Positions 1 to 10,026 of a stretch of DNA of 64,000 bases are shown here, one piece after another. A program made the translations under genes and the position numbers. Origin of the DNA: an uncultured bacterium. GTDB lineage: Bacteria; Acidobacteriota; HRBIN11; JAKEFK01. A model generated the notes under the pieces. The model saw only the letters and a list, made by a program, of their open reading frames with translations. It made no database searches and was not told where the DNA came from. Location of the stretch: positions 771,805 to 835,804 of the forward strand of contig CAWINI010000003.1 of assembly GCA_963837395.1 (NCBI GenBank). Reading direction: 5' to 3'. Position 1 is the first letter of the stretch, and each line of letters starts with the position of its first letter.

Positions 1-48
1 GACTAAAGTCTGCGCTCCATATTTTTTCGTCGAAGAATTGTAATTTTT

Positions 49-900
49 GTGATGCATCGTTATCATAACTTAACCATGAAGCTTATCACTGCTCTGATCC
101 TGGCTGCGATGCTGACATGTTTTTGCAGCATCTCATCGGCCTCTGTTTGGGTAACGGATTTCAATAAAGCTCTGTCTGAAGCAAAACAATTTTCGAAACC
201 GATCTTTGTAGATGTTTATGCCGAATGGTGCACGTGGTGTCATAAACTTGATAAGGAAGTTTATTCAGATCCGAAGTTTACGGAATACATGAAAAATTAT
301 GTATTAGCCAGAATTGATTCTGAAGATGGCGGACAAGGAACCAGCATTGCACAAAAATATGAAATTGACAGTCTGCCTACAATGATCGTTTTGAACTCGC
401 AGGGAAAAGTTTTAGATCGGATTACGGGCTACATGACTACTCCGAAATTAATTGAAGAACTTGAATATGTCCGGAAATTATTGGATGCAGAATCAAAAAA
501 TTCAGCCAATGTTGATGCTTCCTTTGTTTTAGCTGGCGCTTACGTTGAGCGCCAAATGTATCAGGAAGCTGAAGTGCGATATAAAAAGATTTTGGAATCT
601 CAGGTTGCTACTCCAGTACAAAAAGAAAAAGCACAATTTTCAGTCGGTCTTGCGGAATATTATCAGGGTAATTTGAAAGATGCTTTAACTGTACTGGATC
701 AATACTATTCGACCTACCGGAATGGCGCATCCGGTGAAGATGCGTTGCTGCTTCTTTCCCAAATTCACATCGAAATGAATTCCAACCGCAAAGCGCTTGA
801 ATATTTACGCGAATTCATGAAGCGTTATCCCAAGAGCGGAAATTCTGTCCGCGCCAAACAAGTCCTCACCGCACTCGAACAAGAGTGCAGCGACTGTTAA
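49..900 (+). CDS. Exported thioredoxin-fold protein with C-terminal TPR-like repeats
   Basis: N-terminal signal peptide; WCTWC active-site motif in KPIFVDVYAEWCTWC; LPT cis-Pro loop; helical TPR/YbgF-like C-terminal half. Confidence 0.85.
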   Translation: MMHRYHNLTMKLITALILAAMLTCFCSISSASVWVTDFNKALSEAKQFSKPIFVDVYAEWCTWCHKLDKEVYSDPKFTEYMKNYVLARIDSEDGGQGTSIAQKYEIDSLPTMIVLNSQGKVLDRITGYMTTPKLIEELEYVRKLLDAESKNSANVDASFVLAGAYVERQMYQEAEVRYKKILESQVATPVQKEKAQFSVGLAEYYQGNLKDALTVLDQYYSTYRNGASGEDALLLLSQIHIEMNSNRKALEYLREFMKRYPKSGNSVRAKQVLTALEQECSDC

Positions 901-968
901 TTCGAAAACTTCTGTGACTCTGTGGTTAAAAAATGTAGAAGTGTGTATCTTTATAGGAGGAGGAGAAA

Positions 969-1370
969 ATGCGAATATTACTGATTTTGATATTAGTGCT
1001 CGCTTTTGCTCCCTTACTGTATTGCGAACAAGAGCAACAGAAAAACGAAACAACTGTTCTCACCCCTGTTCTCGTTTATCCAAAAGAACTCATGGATCCA
1101 TTACCTCAAATTCAACCACCAGATCCAACCAAGAAAGAGGAATACGTCGAAGTCGAATCAGAAGCCTACCCTGGATTAAATCTTGATTTACCACAGTTGG
1201 ACGATATGATCGGCATTCAAAAATATCAGGTGTATCCACCATTTCACAGCGCTCAGTATTATGAAATGGGTGGTAATCCAGTGCTTTCGTATTACGGTGT
1301 TACTGCTCCATCGGGGCAATTATTCAGCACTCCAGTTCCAACCGGCTCAGAGAAAAAGGATAAAGAATAA
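969..1370 (+). CDS. Hypothetical secreted Pro-rich protein
   Basis: AGGAGGAG RBS before ATG; hydrophobic signal peptide; no recognised domain. Confidence 0.7.
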   Translation: MRILLILILVLAFAPLLYCEQEQQKNETTVLTPVLVYPKELMDPLPQIQPPDPTKKEEYVEVESEAYPGLNLDLPQLDDMIGIQKYQVYPPFHSAQYYEMGGNPVLSYYGVTAPSGQLFSTPVPTGSEKKDKE

Positions 1371-1464
1371 GCTAAAAAAAACTTGGTCCGGTTTCATTGT
1401 TTCCCCCCATATGTTCCATTAACTTTCTCTGGTATAGTACTTCTCAGCCTAGAGGAGGTCATGG

Positions 1465-3297
1465 ATGGCGGGGATATTTTCAGTCAAGAATCTTGACGAT
1501 ATTCTCAAGGATGCAGAATCACCAGAACAATCCCTCCGTCGCGCTTTAGGCCCCATTCACATCACGCTATTTGGTGTAGGCGCAATTATCGGCGCCGGTA
1601 TTTTCGCCACAATCGGAACAGCAGCTGCCGGTGATGCTCATCGTGTTGGTGCTGGTCCCGCATTGATGCTGTCGTTTGGAATTGCGGGATTTGTTTGCGC
1701 ATTCGTTGCGTTATGTTATGCCGAAATTGCGGCAATGGTTCCAATTTCCGGATCCGCTTACACATATTCTTACGCAACCCTCGGTGAAGTAATTGCCTGG
1801 ATCATCGGTTGGGATCTCATTATTGAATATGGAGTCGGCAACGTTGCTGTTGCCATTAGCTGGGCAAATTATTTTAAAACTTTACTGCGTGAAAACGGAA
1901 TTCTTTTTCCTGATTGGTTATCAGTCGACATTACTACAGCTCATAAAATTCCTGGATTGCTTCAAAGTGCACCTCATATTCATTTGCCTTACTTCGGCGA
2001 TATACCAATCATAATCAATCTGCTGGCGATCTCCATCATTGTTCTTATAACCTTAATCTTATTAGTTGGCATCCGTGAAAGTGCATGGTTTAACGCCGGA
2101 ATGGTGATGTTAAAACTGATCGTTTTAACATTCTTTGTTGTTATCAGTTGGAAAGCAGTAGATACGGGCAACTGGACGCCGTTTATGCCCAATGGATGGA
2201 TTGGAGTTTTTCGCGGAGCTGCCGTCATCTTTTTTGCTTATATAGGTTTTGATGCTGTTTCAACGGCGGCAGAAGAAACGCGCGATCCTCAACGAAATTT
2301 GCCGATTGGAATTATTGCATCGCTGATTATTTGCACGCTTTTCTACATTCTGATTGCTGCAGTTTTTACCGGCATGATTCCTTACAGAGCATTGGTAAAA
2401 ATGTTGGCAAACCAGCAAGCTGAACCTTTAACTCTGGCATTGGAATATGCGAATATTCGAGGATTGGCGTTGAAAATTGTAGCAGCAGGTTCAGTAATTG
2501 CGCACACTGCAGTTTTGTTCGTGTTTCAAATGGGTCAAACCCGAATCTTCTTTTCTATGTCGCGAGATGGCTTGCTTCCTTCCATCTTTCGCAAGGTACA
2601 TCCAAAGTTTAAAACTCCCTGGGGGGCTACAATCCTGACAGGAATAGGAGTTGGTGTTTTTACTCTTTTTACCAGCCTGGAAGAAATGGTAGATCTTACG
2701 AATATCGGAACATTGTTTGCATTTATTCTGGTGTGCGTTGGTGTGATGGTTCTTCGCAAGAAGGATCCAAATCGGCATCGCCCATTTCGGGTACCTCTTG
2801 GATATGTTTTGCCATCAATTTCCGTAGCAGGTTGTTTATTCTTAATCGGATATTTGCCGCCAACATCATGGCTTCGATTTACTTCATGGCTTAGTGTGGG
2901 AATCATTTTGTATGTTGTATACGGAAGCGTGAAAAGCAAGCTCACAGGGCGAGACCTTGCTGAGAATCCAGCAGTGCATGATGCTTCAACCGCCTGGAAC
3001 GGAACTATGCTGGCGATTGTTGGAATTATCCTGATGTTTATTACCCATTTTGCTGATATCGCACGTCAAAGCGGACCAGCACATTCTGGATGGTTTTTTG
3101 CTGCGTCGCCCTGGCTGATCGCTCCATTAATTGGATTTATTGTTTTCTTGTACCCAACAATTATCCTGCGTGCGAATCGCGCAAAACAAGGAAACATTCC
3201 TCCATTTGATAAGCAGAGAGCAAAACAGGCATCAAATTTAGCAGCAATACTTCTTTTATTTACGTTTATCTATTTGATTTGCGTTTTCGTGTTCTAG
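1465..3297 (+). CDS. APC-family (cationic amino acid transporter-like) permease with extra C-terminal TM segments
   Basis: GAIIGAGIF in TM1, CYAE...GSAYTY and FFAYIGFDAVST motifs; GAGGAGG RBS. Confidence 0.92.
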   Translation: MAGIFSVKNLDDILKDAESPEQSLRRALGPIHITLFGVGAIIGAGIFATIGTAAAGDAHRVGAGPALMLSFGIAGFVCAFVALCYAEIAAMVPISGSAYTYSYATLGEVIAWIIGWDLIIEYGVGNVAVAISWANYFKTLLRENGILFPDWLSVDITTAHKIPGLLQSAPHIHLPYFGDIPIIINLLAISIIVLITLILLVGIRESAWFNAGMVMLKLIVLTFFVVISWKAVDTGNWTPFMPNGWIGVFRGAAVIFFAYIGFDAVSTAAEETRDPQRNLPIGIIASLIICTLFYILIAAVFTGMIPYRALVKMLANQQAEPLTLALEYANIRGLALKIVAAGSVIAHTAVLFVFQMGQTRIFFSMSRDGLLPSIFRKVHPKFKTPWGATILTGIGVGVFTLFTSLEEMVDLTNIGTLFAFILVCVGVMVLRKKDPNRHRPFRVPLGYVLPSISVAGCLFLIGYLPPTSWLRFTSWLSVGIILYVVYGSVKSKLTGRDLAENPAVHDASTAWNGTMLAIVGIILMFITHFADIARQSGPAHSGWFFAASPWLIAPLIGFIVFLYPTIILRANRAKQGNIPPFDKQRAKQASNLAAILLLFTFIYLICVFVF

Positions 3298-3346
3298 ACT
3301 CTGAACGCCGGCAACGGCACAACTTCGCAACAAGGAGTAAGACTGT

Positions 3347-4849
3347 ATGAGCAGTCAACTTTGGACAAGAAAACCCCTTAAACTTCTTTATGAAGAGATG
3401 GCGGGAGAGAATCGTCTTCGCAGGATTCTTGGTCCTGTTCAGCTCACCAGTTTAGGTGTTGGGGCGATTATAGGTACTGGAATTTTTGTGTTGGTTGGAC
3501 AAGCCGCACATGATAAGACTGGTCCCGCACTGATGTTATCGTTTGTTGTAGCCGGACTGGCGTGCATATTCGCTGCTCTTTGCTACGCTGAATTTGCATC
3601 CATGGTTCCTGTCGCCGGTTCTGCTTACACCTACGCATATGCAACCTTGGGTGAGCTTATGGCCTGGATCATGGGCTGGGATCTGGTACTGGAGTATGCT
3701 GTGGGTTCAGCAACAGTCGCACATGGTTGGTCCCACTATTTTCAAGATTTCATAGGAATCTTAGGCATCAAGCTCCCGCATGTCCTGACCACAGCTCCCT
3801 TTGATTACGATCCAACTGTTGGCCATTTGGTGTCTACTCATACGTTGTTCGATCTTCCTGCAATCATGGTTGCGCTTCTGGTAACCATCATCCTGGTAAA
3901 AGGAATCCGAGAAAGCGCAACATTTAATGCAACGATGGTAATCATCAAAGTTACGATTGTATTTTTTGTGATTATTGTCGGAGCCTTTTACGTAAATCCA
4001 GCGAACTGGCATCCCTTCGCTCCCTACGGATTGACGGGAATCAGCTTTTTCGGAAAGACGTTATTCGGTCAGCAAGGTTTGGGAGGTGAACCTCTCGGAA
4101 TGCTGGCTGGAGCTGCAACTATTTTCTTTGCATATATCGGATTTGATTCCGTTTCGACTCACGCAGAAGAAGCGAAGAATCCTAAAAGAGATGTCCCAAT
4201 TGGAATTATTACATCCCTCATCCTGTGTACAGTCCTGTACATTTTGGTTGCAGGGATACTAACAGGGATGGTCCCTTACAACAAGATCAACATTGATGCA
4301 CCAGTATCCGATGCTTTCCGACAGGTAGGTCTTCCCTGGGCACAATTCCTTATTTCACTGGGAGCATTAACAGGAATTACATCTGTGTTGCTTGTTATGA
4401 TGTTAAGCCAACCTCGTGTTCTGTTGGCAATGGCTCGCGATGGTTTAGTTCCCACAAGCTTTTTTGGCGCCATTCATGAGCGATTTAGAACGCCATGGAA
4501 ATCTACGATATTGACCGGACTTTTCGTAGCAACCCTGGCTGCGTTTCTACCATTGCGAATATTAGCAGAGCTTGTAAATATCGGAACATTGCTGGCATTT
4601 GTGATTGTGTGTGCCGCGGTTTTGATTATGAGGAAAAAGCATCCGGAAGCGGAACGTCCTTTCCGTGTACCGTTTTCTCCTGTAACTCCAATTCTCGGAA
4701 TCCTACTCTGCACTCTGCTGATGTTTTCTTTGCCAAAAGAAAATTGGTATCGACTCATCATCTGGTTACTGATCGGCTTCGTTATTTATTTTGCGTATGG
4801 CCGCCATCATAGTGTGATGTCGAAAATAAGGGCAGAGGAAAAGAAGTAA
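3347..4849 (+). CDS. APC-family amino acid permease (tandem paralog)
   Basis: GAIIGTGIF, CYAEFASMVPVAGSAYTY and FFAYIGFDSVST motifs. Confidence 0.93.
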   Translation: MSSQLWTRKPLKLLYEEMAGENRLRRILGPVQLTSLGVGAIIGTGIFVLVGQAAHDKTGPALMLSFVVAGLACIFAALCYAEFASMVPVAGSAYTYAYATLGELMAWIMGWDLVLEYAVGSATVAHGWSHYFQDFIGILGIKLPHVLTTAPFDYDPTVGHLVSTHTLFDLPAIMVALLVTIILVKGIRESATFNATMVIIKVTIVFFVIIVGAFYVNPANWHPFAPYGLTGISFFGKTLFGQQGLGGEPLGMLAGAATIFFAYIGFDSVSTHAEEAKNPKRDVPIGIITSLILCTVLYILVAGILTGMVPYNKINIDAPVSDAFRQVGLPWAQFLISLGALTGITSVLLVMMLSQPRVLLAMARDGLVPTSFFGAIHERFRTPWKSTILTGLFVATLAAFLPLRILAELVNIGTLLAFVIVCAAVLIMRKKHPEAERPFRVPFSPVTPILGILLCTLLMFSLPKENWYRLIIWLLIGFVIYFAYGRHHSVMSKIRAEEKK

Positions 4850-4853
4850 TTTC

Positions 4854-4886
4854 ATAACCACGGAGTCAAGGCGGCTCCGTGGTTAT
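4854..4886. terminator. Hairpin between convergent genes, probable bidirectional terminator; arms carry the ACCACGGAG repeat motif
   Basis: ATAACCACGGAG-N9-CTCCGTGGTTAT, a perfect 12-bp stem between the permease and dedA stop codons. Confidence 0.6.
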
Positions 4887-5542
4887 ATTTTTTTTGTCGC
4901 TGCTTTTTGCCTGCGATGTCGAATGATTTCAATGACGCTGGGCAGAATCGAAAGAATGATGATTGCAACGATCACGAGTGTGAAATTCCGTTTCACTACC
5001 GGCAATTTTCCGAAAAAGTAACCCAATAAAACGAAACTCACAATCCAGGCAATTCCTCCTATTACGTTGTATGAAAGGAATCGCACATATGTCATTTTCC
5101 CGATTCCTGCAACAAACGGCGCGAAAGTTCTAATGATCGGCATGAAGCGCGCAAGAATGATTGTCTTGCCGCCGTACTTCTCGTAAAACTCGTGGGTGCG
5201 GATTAAATATTCTTTTTTGAAGAATCGCGAATCTTCTCTGGCAAAAGCTTTCGGACCGATATAAGCTCCAATCCAATAATTAACCGTATCTCCGGCGATC
5301 GCAGCAATTGAAAGCACGACACATAAGACGACGGGATCCAACGCACCCGTACTTTCAGCAATCGCGCCACACGCAAACAGAAGTGAATCACCCGGTAGAA
5401 ATGGTGTTACCACGAATCCGGTTTCGCAAAAGATGATCAGGAAAAGTATGAGATACGTCCACGTTCCATAATTGCGGATCATCTCTCCAAGATGTGTATC
5501 AATATGAAGGATGAAATCGATCAGCTGATGTATGAGTTCCAT
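4883..5542 (-). CDS. dedA: DedA family membrane protein
   Basis: FCETG...[19 protein letters not shown] and [16 protein letters not shown] motifs. Confidence 0.93.
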   Translation of the reverse strand: MELIHQLIDFILHIDTHLGEMIRNYGTWTYLILFLIIFCETGFVVTPFLPGDSLLFACGAIAESTGALDPVVLCVVLSIAAIAGDTVNYWIGAYIGPKAFAREDSRFFKKEYLIRTHEFYEKYGGKTIILARFMPIIRTFAPFVAGIGKMTYVRFLSYNVIGGIAWIVSFVLLGYFFGKLPVVKRNFTLVIVAIIILSILPSVIEIIRHRRQKAATKKI

Positions 5543-5565
5543 GACGATGTCCTTAATTATTTTTG

Positions 5566-6095
5566 AATCACGGAAACACGGAATGCACTGAAATTCTATC
5601 TTTATTTTTATTGATTACAAGATAAACCGCTTATAACTAACGTTGGTTTCTTAAAATTCAAAAGCAGGCCCAATTTCAAGCCAGACGCCGTCAAGTATGA
5701 CTTCACCTGGGCAAAGTGAGCTGCATCAAAGTTATCAACGCTTTTAATCTCGACCACAACCGAATTATAAATAATGAAATCCATTCGATGTGTTCCCACA
5801 AGTTGTCCACGATGTCGTATTTCAAATGCTTTTGTTTTTCAAATGGTATTCCCTGGTAACTCAATTCCACTGCAAAAGCTTCTTCATAAACTGATTCCAG
5901 GTAGCCAGGCCCCAAAGATTTGTGTACTTCAATTGCGGCACCAATGATGCCTTCGGTCAATTCTTTGTAAACGAGTTCCATTCGTCATAACCAACCTTCC
6001 GCCTTTTTGATTAGCTACAAGTTTATTTTTCGTGGCTTTGTATGTCTGTTTTCCTGATTATATATTCTTTCCGTGTATTCCGTGTTTTCCGTGAT
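5566..6095 (-). mobile_element. Putative inverted-repeat-bounded cassette carrying a GxxExxY nuclease gene
   Basis: Left arm AATCACGGAAACACGGAATGCACTGAAA (5566-5593) and right arm TTTCCGTGTATTCCGTGTTTTCCGTGAT (6068-6095) are near reverse complements; gene-less copies at 24578 and 48882. Confidence 0.55.
5615..5981 (-). pseudogene. GxxExxY protein (PD-(D/E)XK nuclease superfamily) with two single-base frameshifts (artefact or decay)
   Basis: GPGYLESVY motif and D-F-I...VVVEIKS catalytic motif are split over ORFs 5703-5981 and 5608-5799. Adding one A near 5821 and one near 5631 gives a continuous 122-aa protein ending VIKRFIL. Confidence 0.85.
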
Positions 6096-7468
6096 CAATA
6101 AAATGGAAGGAAGTAAAACATAGCCGAAACTAGCACAGCATAAATAAGGAAGGCGATGAGTTCGTAGCCGAGGATTTCTTTGAATTCAATGCCTGCTGCA
6201 GTTAGCAATGGAATTGCCCAAAATGGCTGCAGCAAATCGGTCATCATATCTCCCCAGGCATACGCAACAACGATCTTATCGAAACTTACGCCGAGTGTTT
6301 TTGCAGCATGGATTACATACGGAGCTTCTACTGCCCATTTTGAACCGCCTGATGGTACGAAATAATTTACGATCCCGGAATACCAGTAAACAAACAACGG
6401 TAATGTCTGAGCATTTGCCACACGCACGAATGCATTGCCAATGACTTCCGAAAGTCCTGACCCTTTGATGATGCCGTACATTCCGGAATAAAACGGAAAC
6501 TGAAGCACAATGCTATATATGGTTCCCGCCGATTCTGCCGCAGCTTTCAAAACCGATGCTGGAGAAGGGTGAAGCAATATTCCCAAAGTCATAAAAATAA
6601 AATTGACGGTGTTGATCGTGATGCCTTGCCATCCGCGTGATGCGAAATTGAAATACAACCACACCAATCCCAATATTCCGATAATAAAATTCAAAACGTA
6701 TCGATAATCGATAAATTCTGCGAATCGGAATTTTTCGGTCACTTCTGGTTTGGGAGGCTTGAAGATTCCAAAATTTTCCAGTTTTTGCGGATCTATTTTC
6801 ACGCGTTGATTCGGATCTTTAGGATGCAACGCAATTGCAATGAGGGTCATTGTAATCACAACCAGAAGCGCAGCTAGAAGATTAAATGGATGGAAGATGG
6901 TTTGAGTCAGCGGAATGATTCCGATTTCTGCTTCCATAAAATGTTCTGGTGTTGCAACCAATATCGGAGCGGATGCGGATAAACCTGCATGCCATGTGCA
7001 GCCCATTCCGAAATACGCAACAGCAACAAGCAGCCGATAATCTACATCTTTGTGCTGGCGTGCCATATACTTCACAAGCACTGCAGATCCGATCAGGCTC
7101 AATCCCCAATTGATCAGCGCAAGTAACATTGAGCCTAATGCTGTAAGAGCAATGGCGCCGGTGGAAGTTTTTGGAAGACGCGCTATCCAATGCAAGAATC
7201 GATTCATCGCAGGTGAGACAACCAGGATGTAGCCGGTCAGCATGATCAGCGTCATTTGCATGCTGAACGAAAGCAATTCCCAAAAACCATCGCCCCAAAA
7301 ACGGATGCAATCTACAAGTGAGTGATCTGTAGCAACAAAAGCGAGCAAAAGAGTAATTAAGGTAAGAATGATTGCGATGGAAAAGGCGCTGGGAATCCAG
7401 CGTGAAGTCCAGTTGTTTAGACGAACCGCAAAGCTGCCGAGTTTGCTAAGGATTGTTGTGGGTTGCAC
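6095..7468 (-). CDS. atoE: Short-chain fatty acid transporter (AtoE family)
   Basis: GFWELLSFSMQM, WHAGLSASAP, FVPSGGSKW and AWGDMMTDLLQPFWAIP motifs. Confidence 0.88.
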   Translation of the reverse strand: MQPTTILSKLGSFAVRLNNWTSRWIPSAFSIAIILTLITLLLAFVATDHSLVDCIRFWGDGFWELLSFSMQMTLIMLTGYILVVSPAMNRFLHWIARLPKTSTGAIALTALGSMLLALINWGLSLIGSAVLVKYMARQHKDVDYRLLVAVAYFGMGCTWHAGLSASAPILVATPEHFMEAEIGIIPLTQTIFHPFNLLAALLVVITMTLIAIALHPKDPNQRVKIDPQKLENFGIFKPPKPEVTEKFRFAEFIDYRYVLNFIIGILGLVWLYFNFASRGWQGITINTVNFIFMTLGILLHPSPASVLKAAAESAGTIYSIVLQFPFYSGMYGIIKGSGLSEVIGNAFVRVANAQTLPLFVYWYSGIVNYFVPSGGSKWAVEAPYVIHAAKTLGVSFDKIVVAYAWGDMMTDLLQPFWAIPLLTAAGIEFKEILGYELIAFLIYAVLVSAMFYFLPFY

Positions 7469-9883
7469 TCAAGAAGTTTTGATCCGCATTCTGTAAAAGG
7501 AGCGCCATACAAAAATTACTGAAAGCAGGAAGAATACAACAGCAAGAATTGTAGTTGTAGCCTTTTCCATTTCAATGGCGAGCTCCACCGCAAGCAATCC
7601 AAATAGAGTTGTAAATTTGATGACCGGATTCATGGCAACAGAAGATGTGTCTTTGAATGGATCGCCTACTGTATCACCGACAACTGTTGCAGCATGCAGC
7701 GGAGTTCCCTTCTGGTTGAGCTCTACTTCAACGATTTTTTTGGCATTGTCCCAAGCGCCGCCGGCATTCGCCATAAAAATCGCTTGATACAATCCGAACA
7801 ATGCAATTGAAATCAGATAACCGATGAAGAAATATGGTTCAAGGCAAGCAAAGGCTAAAGTGGAAAAGAACACGGTAAGGAAAATGTTGAACATCCCTTT
7901 TTGAGCATATTGAGTGCAGATTTCTACGACTTTTTTGCTATCTTCAACCGATGCTTTCGGAGCATCCGCATCCAACCTGATATTCTTCTTGATGAATTCC
8001 ACAGCACGATAAGCACCTGTTGCCACCGCTTGAGTGGCCGCTCCTGTGAACCAATAAATAATTGCGCCACCAGTGACCAATCCCAGAAGAAATGGCGGAT
8101 ACAGCAATGAAAGCTTGTCGATGTCATGAGTCAATCCTGATGTTAAGACCACAATAATTGAAAAAATCAGAGTAGTAGCACCAACCACCGCTGTTCCGAT
8201 TAACACCGGTTTTGCTGTGGCTTTGAAAGTATTTCCAGCGCCATCATTTTCTTCCAAATATCTTTTCGCAGTTTCAAACTTTGGATCGAAATTGAAATCC
8301 TTTTTAATTTCTTCGTGTATGCCAGGTAAAGATTCAATCACCGAAAGTTCAAATACAGATTGAGCGTTATCAGTCACAGGACCGTAGGAATCTACAGCAA
8401 TAGTAACCGGCCCCATCCCTAAAAATCCAAAAGCGACGAGACCAAATGCAAATACGGCAGGAGCAATCATCAGCGAATTGAGTCCGAGGGTGCTTATCCC
8501 ATACGCGATTCCCATTAGCGTAACAATGGCCATGCCCATCCAGTACGCGCTGAAATTGCCTGCAATGAATCCTGAAAGAATATTGAGAGATGCCCCACCC
8601 TCTCGAGACGATGCGACGATTTCTTGAACGTGGGCTGATTTCGTAGAAGTGAATACTTTGACAAGCTCAGGAATAATTGCGCCGGCTAGAGTGCCGCAGG
8701 TAATAATCGTAGAAAGCTTCCACCAGAGGGTTCCATCTCCAAGATCGTGAATCAAGAAAAAGGAAATCAAATAAGTCACAGCAAGAGAAACGATGGAAGT
8801 AAGCCAGACTAAAGTAGTCAACGGTGCTTCAAAATTCATTTCGGCTGCGTTGCCGTAGCGAGCTTTTGCAATAATCTGGTTAATGAAATAAGAAACTCCG
8901 CTGGTTATGATCATCATGATACGCATCACAAAGATCCAAACCAGAAGTTGCACTTGAACGTGGGCATAATCAGGACCAGCTGATCGTTCATTCACTGCAA
9001 GCAGAATGAATGTGATCAATGCAACGCCGGTGACGCCGTAAGTTTCAAATCCATCTGCTGTAGGTCCAACAGAGTCACCAGCATTGTCTCCGGTACAATC
9101 TGCAATGACTCCAGGATTGCGGGCATCATCTTCTTTTATATTGAAGACGATTTTCATCAAGTCGGATCCGATATCTGCAATCTTGGTAAAAATTCCACCA
9201 GCAATACGAAGTGCGGCTGCACCTAAGGATTCACCGATTGCAAATCCAATGAAACAGGGTCCGGCATAATCACGAGGGACGAAAAGCAGAATGCAAAGCA
9301 TAATTACGAGTTCGATTGCGATTAAAAGCATGCCGATACTCATTCCTGCTTTTAGTGGAATATCGTAGGTGGGATATGGTTTGCCTTTTAATGATGCGAA
9401 TGCCGTGCGTGAATTCGCGAACGTATTAATTCGAATTCCAAACCAGGCAACGCCGTAGCTGCCTGCAATTCCCACCAGACTGAATGCGAAAATGATTGCA
9501 ACACGATCAAAAGTGAAATGTCGAAGTGCCCAGAAATAAAAAATGATGATCCCGCCGATCAATACTTCCAGGAGCAAAATGAATTTGCCTTGCGTAATCA
9601 GGTAGGTTTTGCAGGTTTCGTAAATGAGCTCGGAGATTTCACGCATCGATCGATGTACAGGCATGGATTTCAACTGCGTGTACATCATCAAACCAAAAAG
9701 CATTCCAAGGACGCAGACAACGAGTCCGCCTAAAAGTAAGTTATATCCTGTGATGCCCTGGAATGTTGCAGTTGATAAATCCGGAATGATCAGATCTGCT
9801 TCACTGGCGTGGGCAGAATATGGCGCTACAAGGAATATCAAAAAGGACAGAATTAAAGCGACTCCGAGCCGTCGAAAATTCAT
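7469..9883 (-). CDS. hppA: Membrane-bound cation-translocating pyrophosphatase, predicted K+-independent H+-PPase; start reassigned to ATG 9883
   Basis: GGIFTKIADIGSDL, EDDARNPGVIADCTGDNAGD, GNTFKA and GDTVGDPFKDTS motifs; GGGAG RBS before 9883. Confidence 0.93.
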   Translation of the reverse strand: MNFRRLGVALILSFLIFLVAPYSAHASEADLIIPDLSTATFQGITGYNLLLGGLVVCVLGMLFGLMMYTQLKSMPVHRSMREISELIYETCKTYLITQGKFILLLEVLIGGIIIFYFWALRHFTFDRVAIIFAFSLVGIAGSYGVAWFGIRINTFANSRTAFASLKGKPYPTYDIPLKAGMSIGMLLIAIELVIMLCILLFVPRDYAGPCFIGFAIGESLGAAALRIAGGIFTKIADIGSDLMKIVFNIKEDDARNPGVIADCTGDNAGDSVGPTADGFETYGVTGVALITFILLAVNERSAGPDYAHVQVQLLVWIFVMRIMMIITSGVSYFINQIIAKARYGNAAEMNFEAPLTTLVWLTSIVSLAVTYLISFFLIHDLGDGTLWWKLSTIITCGTLAGAIIPELVKVFTSTKSAHVQEIVASSREGGASLNILSGFIAGNFSAYWMGMAIVTLMGIAYGISTLGLNSLMIAPAVFAFGLVAFGFLGMGPVTIAVDSYGPVTDNAQSVFELSVIESLPGIHEEIKKDFNFDPKFETAKRYLEENDGAGNTFKATAKPVLIGTAVVGATTLIFSIIVVLTSGLTHDIDKLSLLYPPFLLGLVTGGAIIYWFTGAATQAVATGAYRAVEFIKKNIRLDADAPKASVEDSKKVVEICTQYAQKGMFNIFLTVFFSTLAFACLEPYFFIGYLISIALFGLYQAIFMANAGGAWDNAKKIVEVELNQKGTPLHAATVVGDTVGDPFKDTSSVAMNPVIKFTTLFGLLAVELAIEMEKATTTILAVVFFLLSVIFVWRSFYRMRIKTS

Positions 9884-9978
9884 GCACTCTCCCTGAAAAA
9901 GGATTTTTGAAGTGCCCGATTCTACCATAAGAATTCGTTATTCGAAAGCATTCCTAAAGGAGAATCAGAATAAGAAAA

Positions 9979-10009
9979 AAGGGACAGAGGCAAAACGCCT
10001 CTGTCCCTT
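9979..10009 (-). terminator. Rho-independent terminator of the short S8 gene
   Basis: GGGACAGAGGC-N5-GCCTCTGTCCC stem followed by a U tract on the minus strand. Confidence 0.85.
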
Positions 10010-10026
10010 AACTAAAGTTCGGTTAC

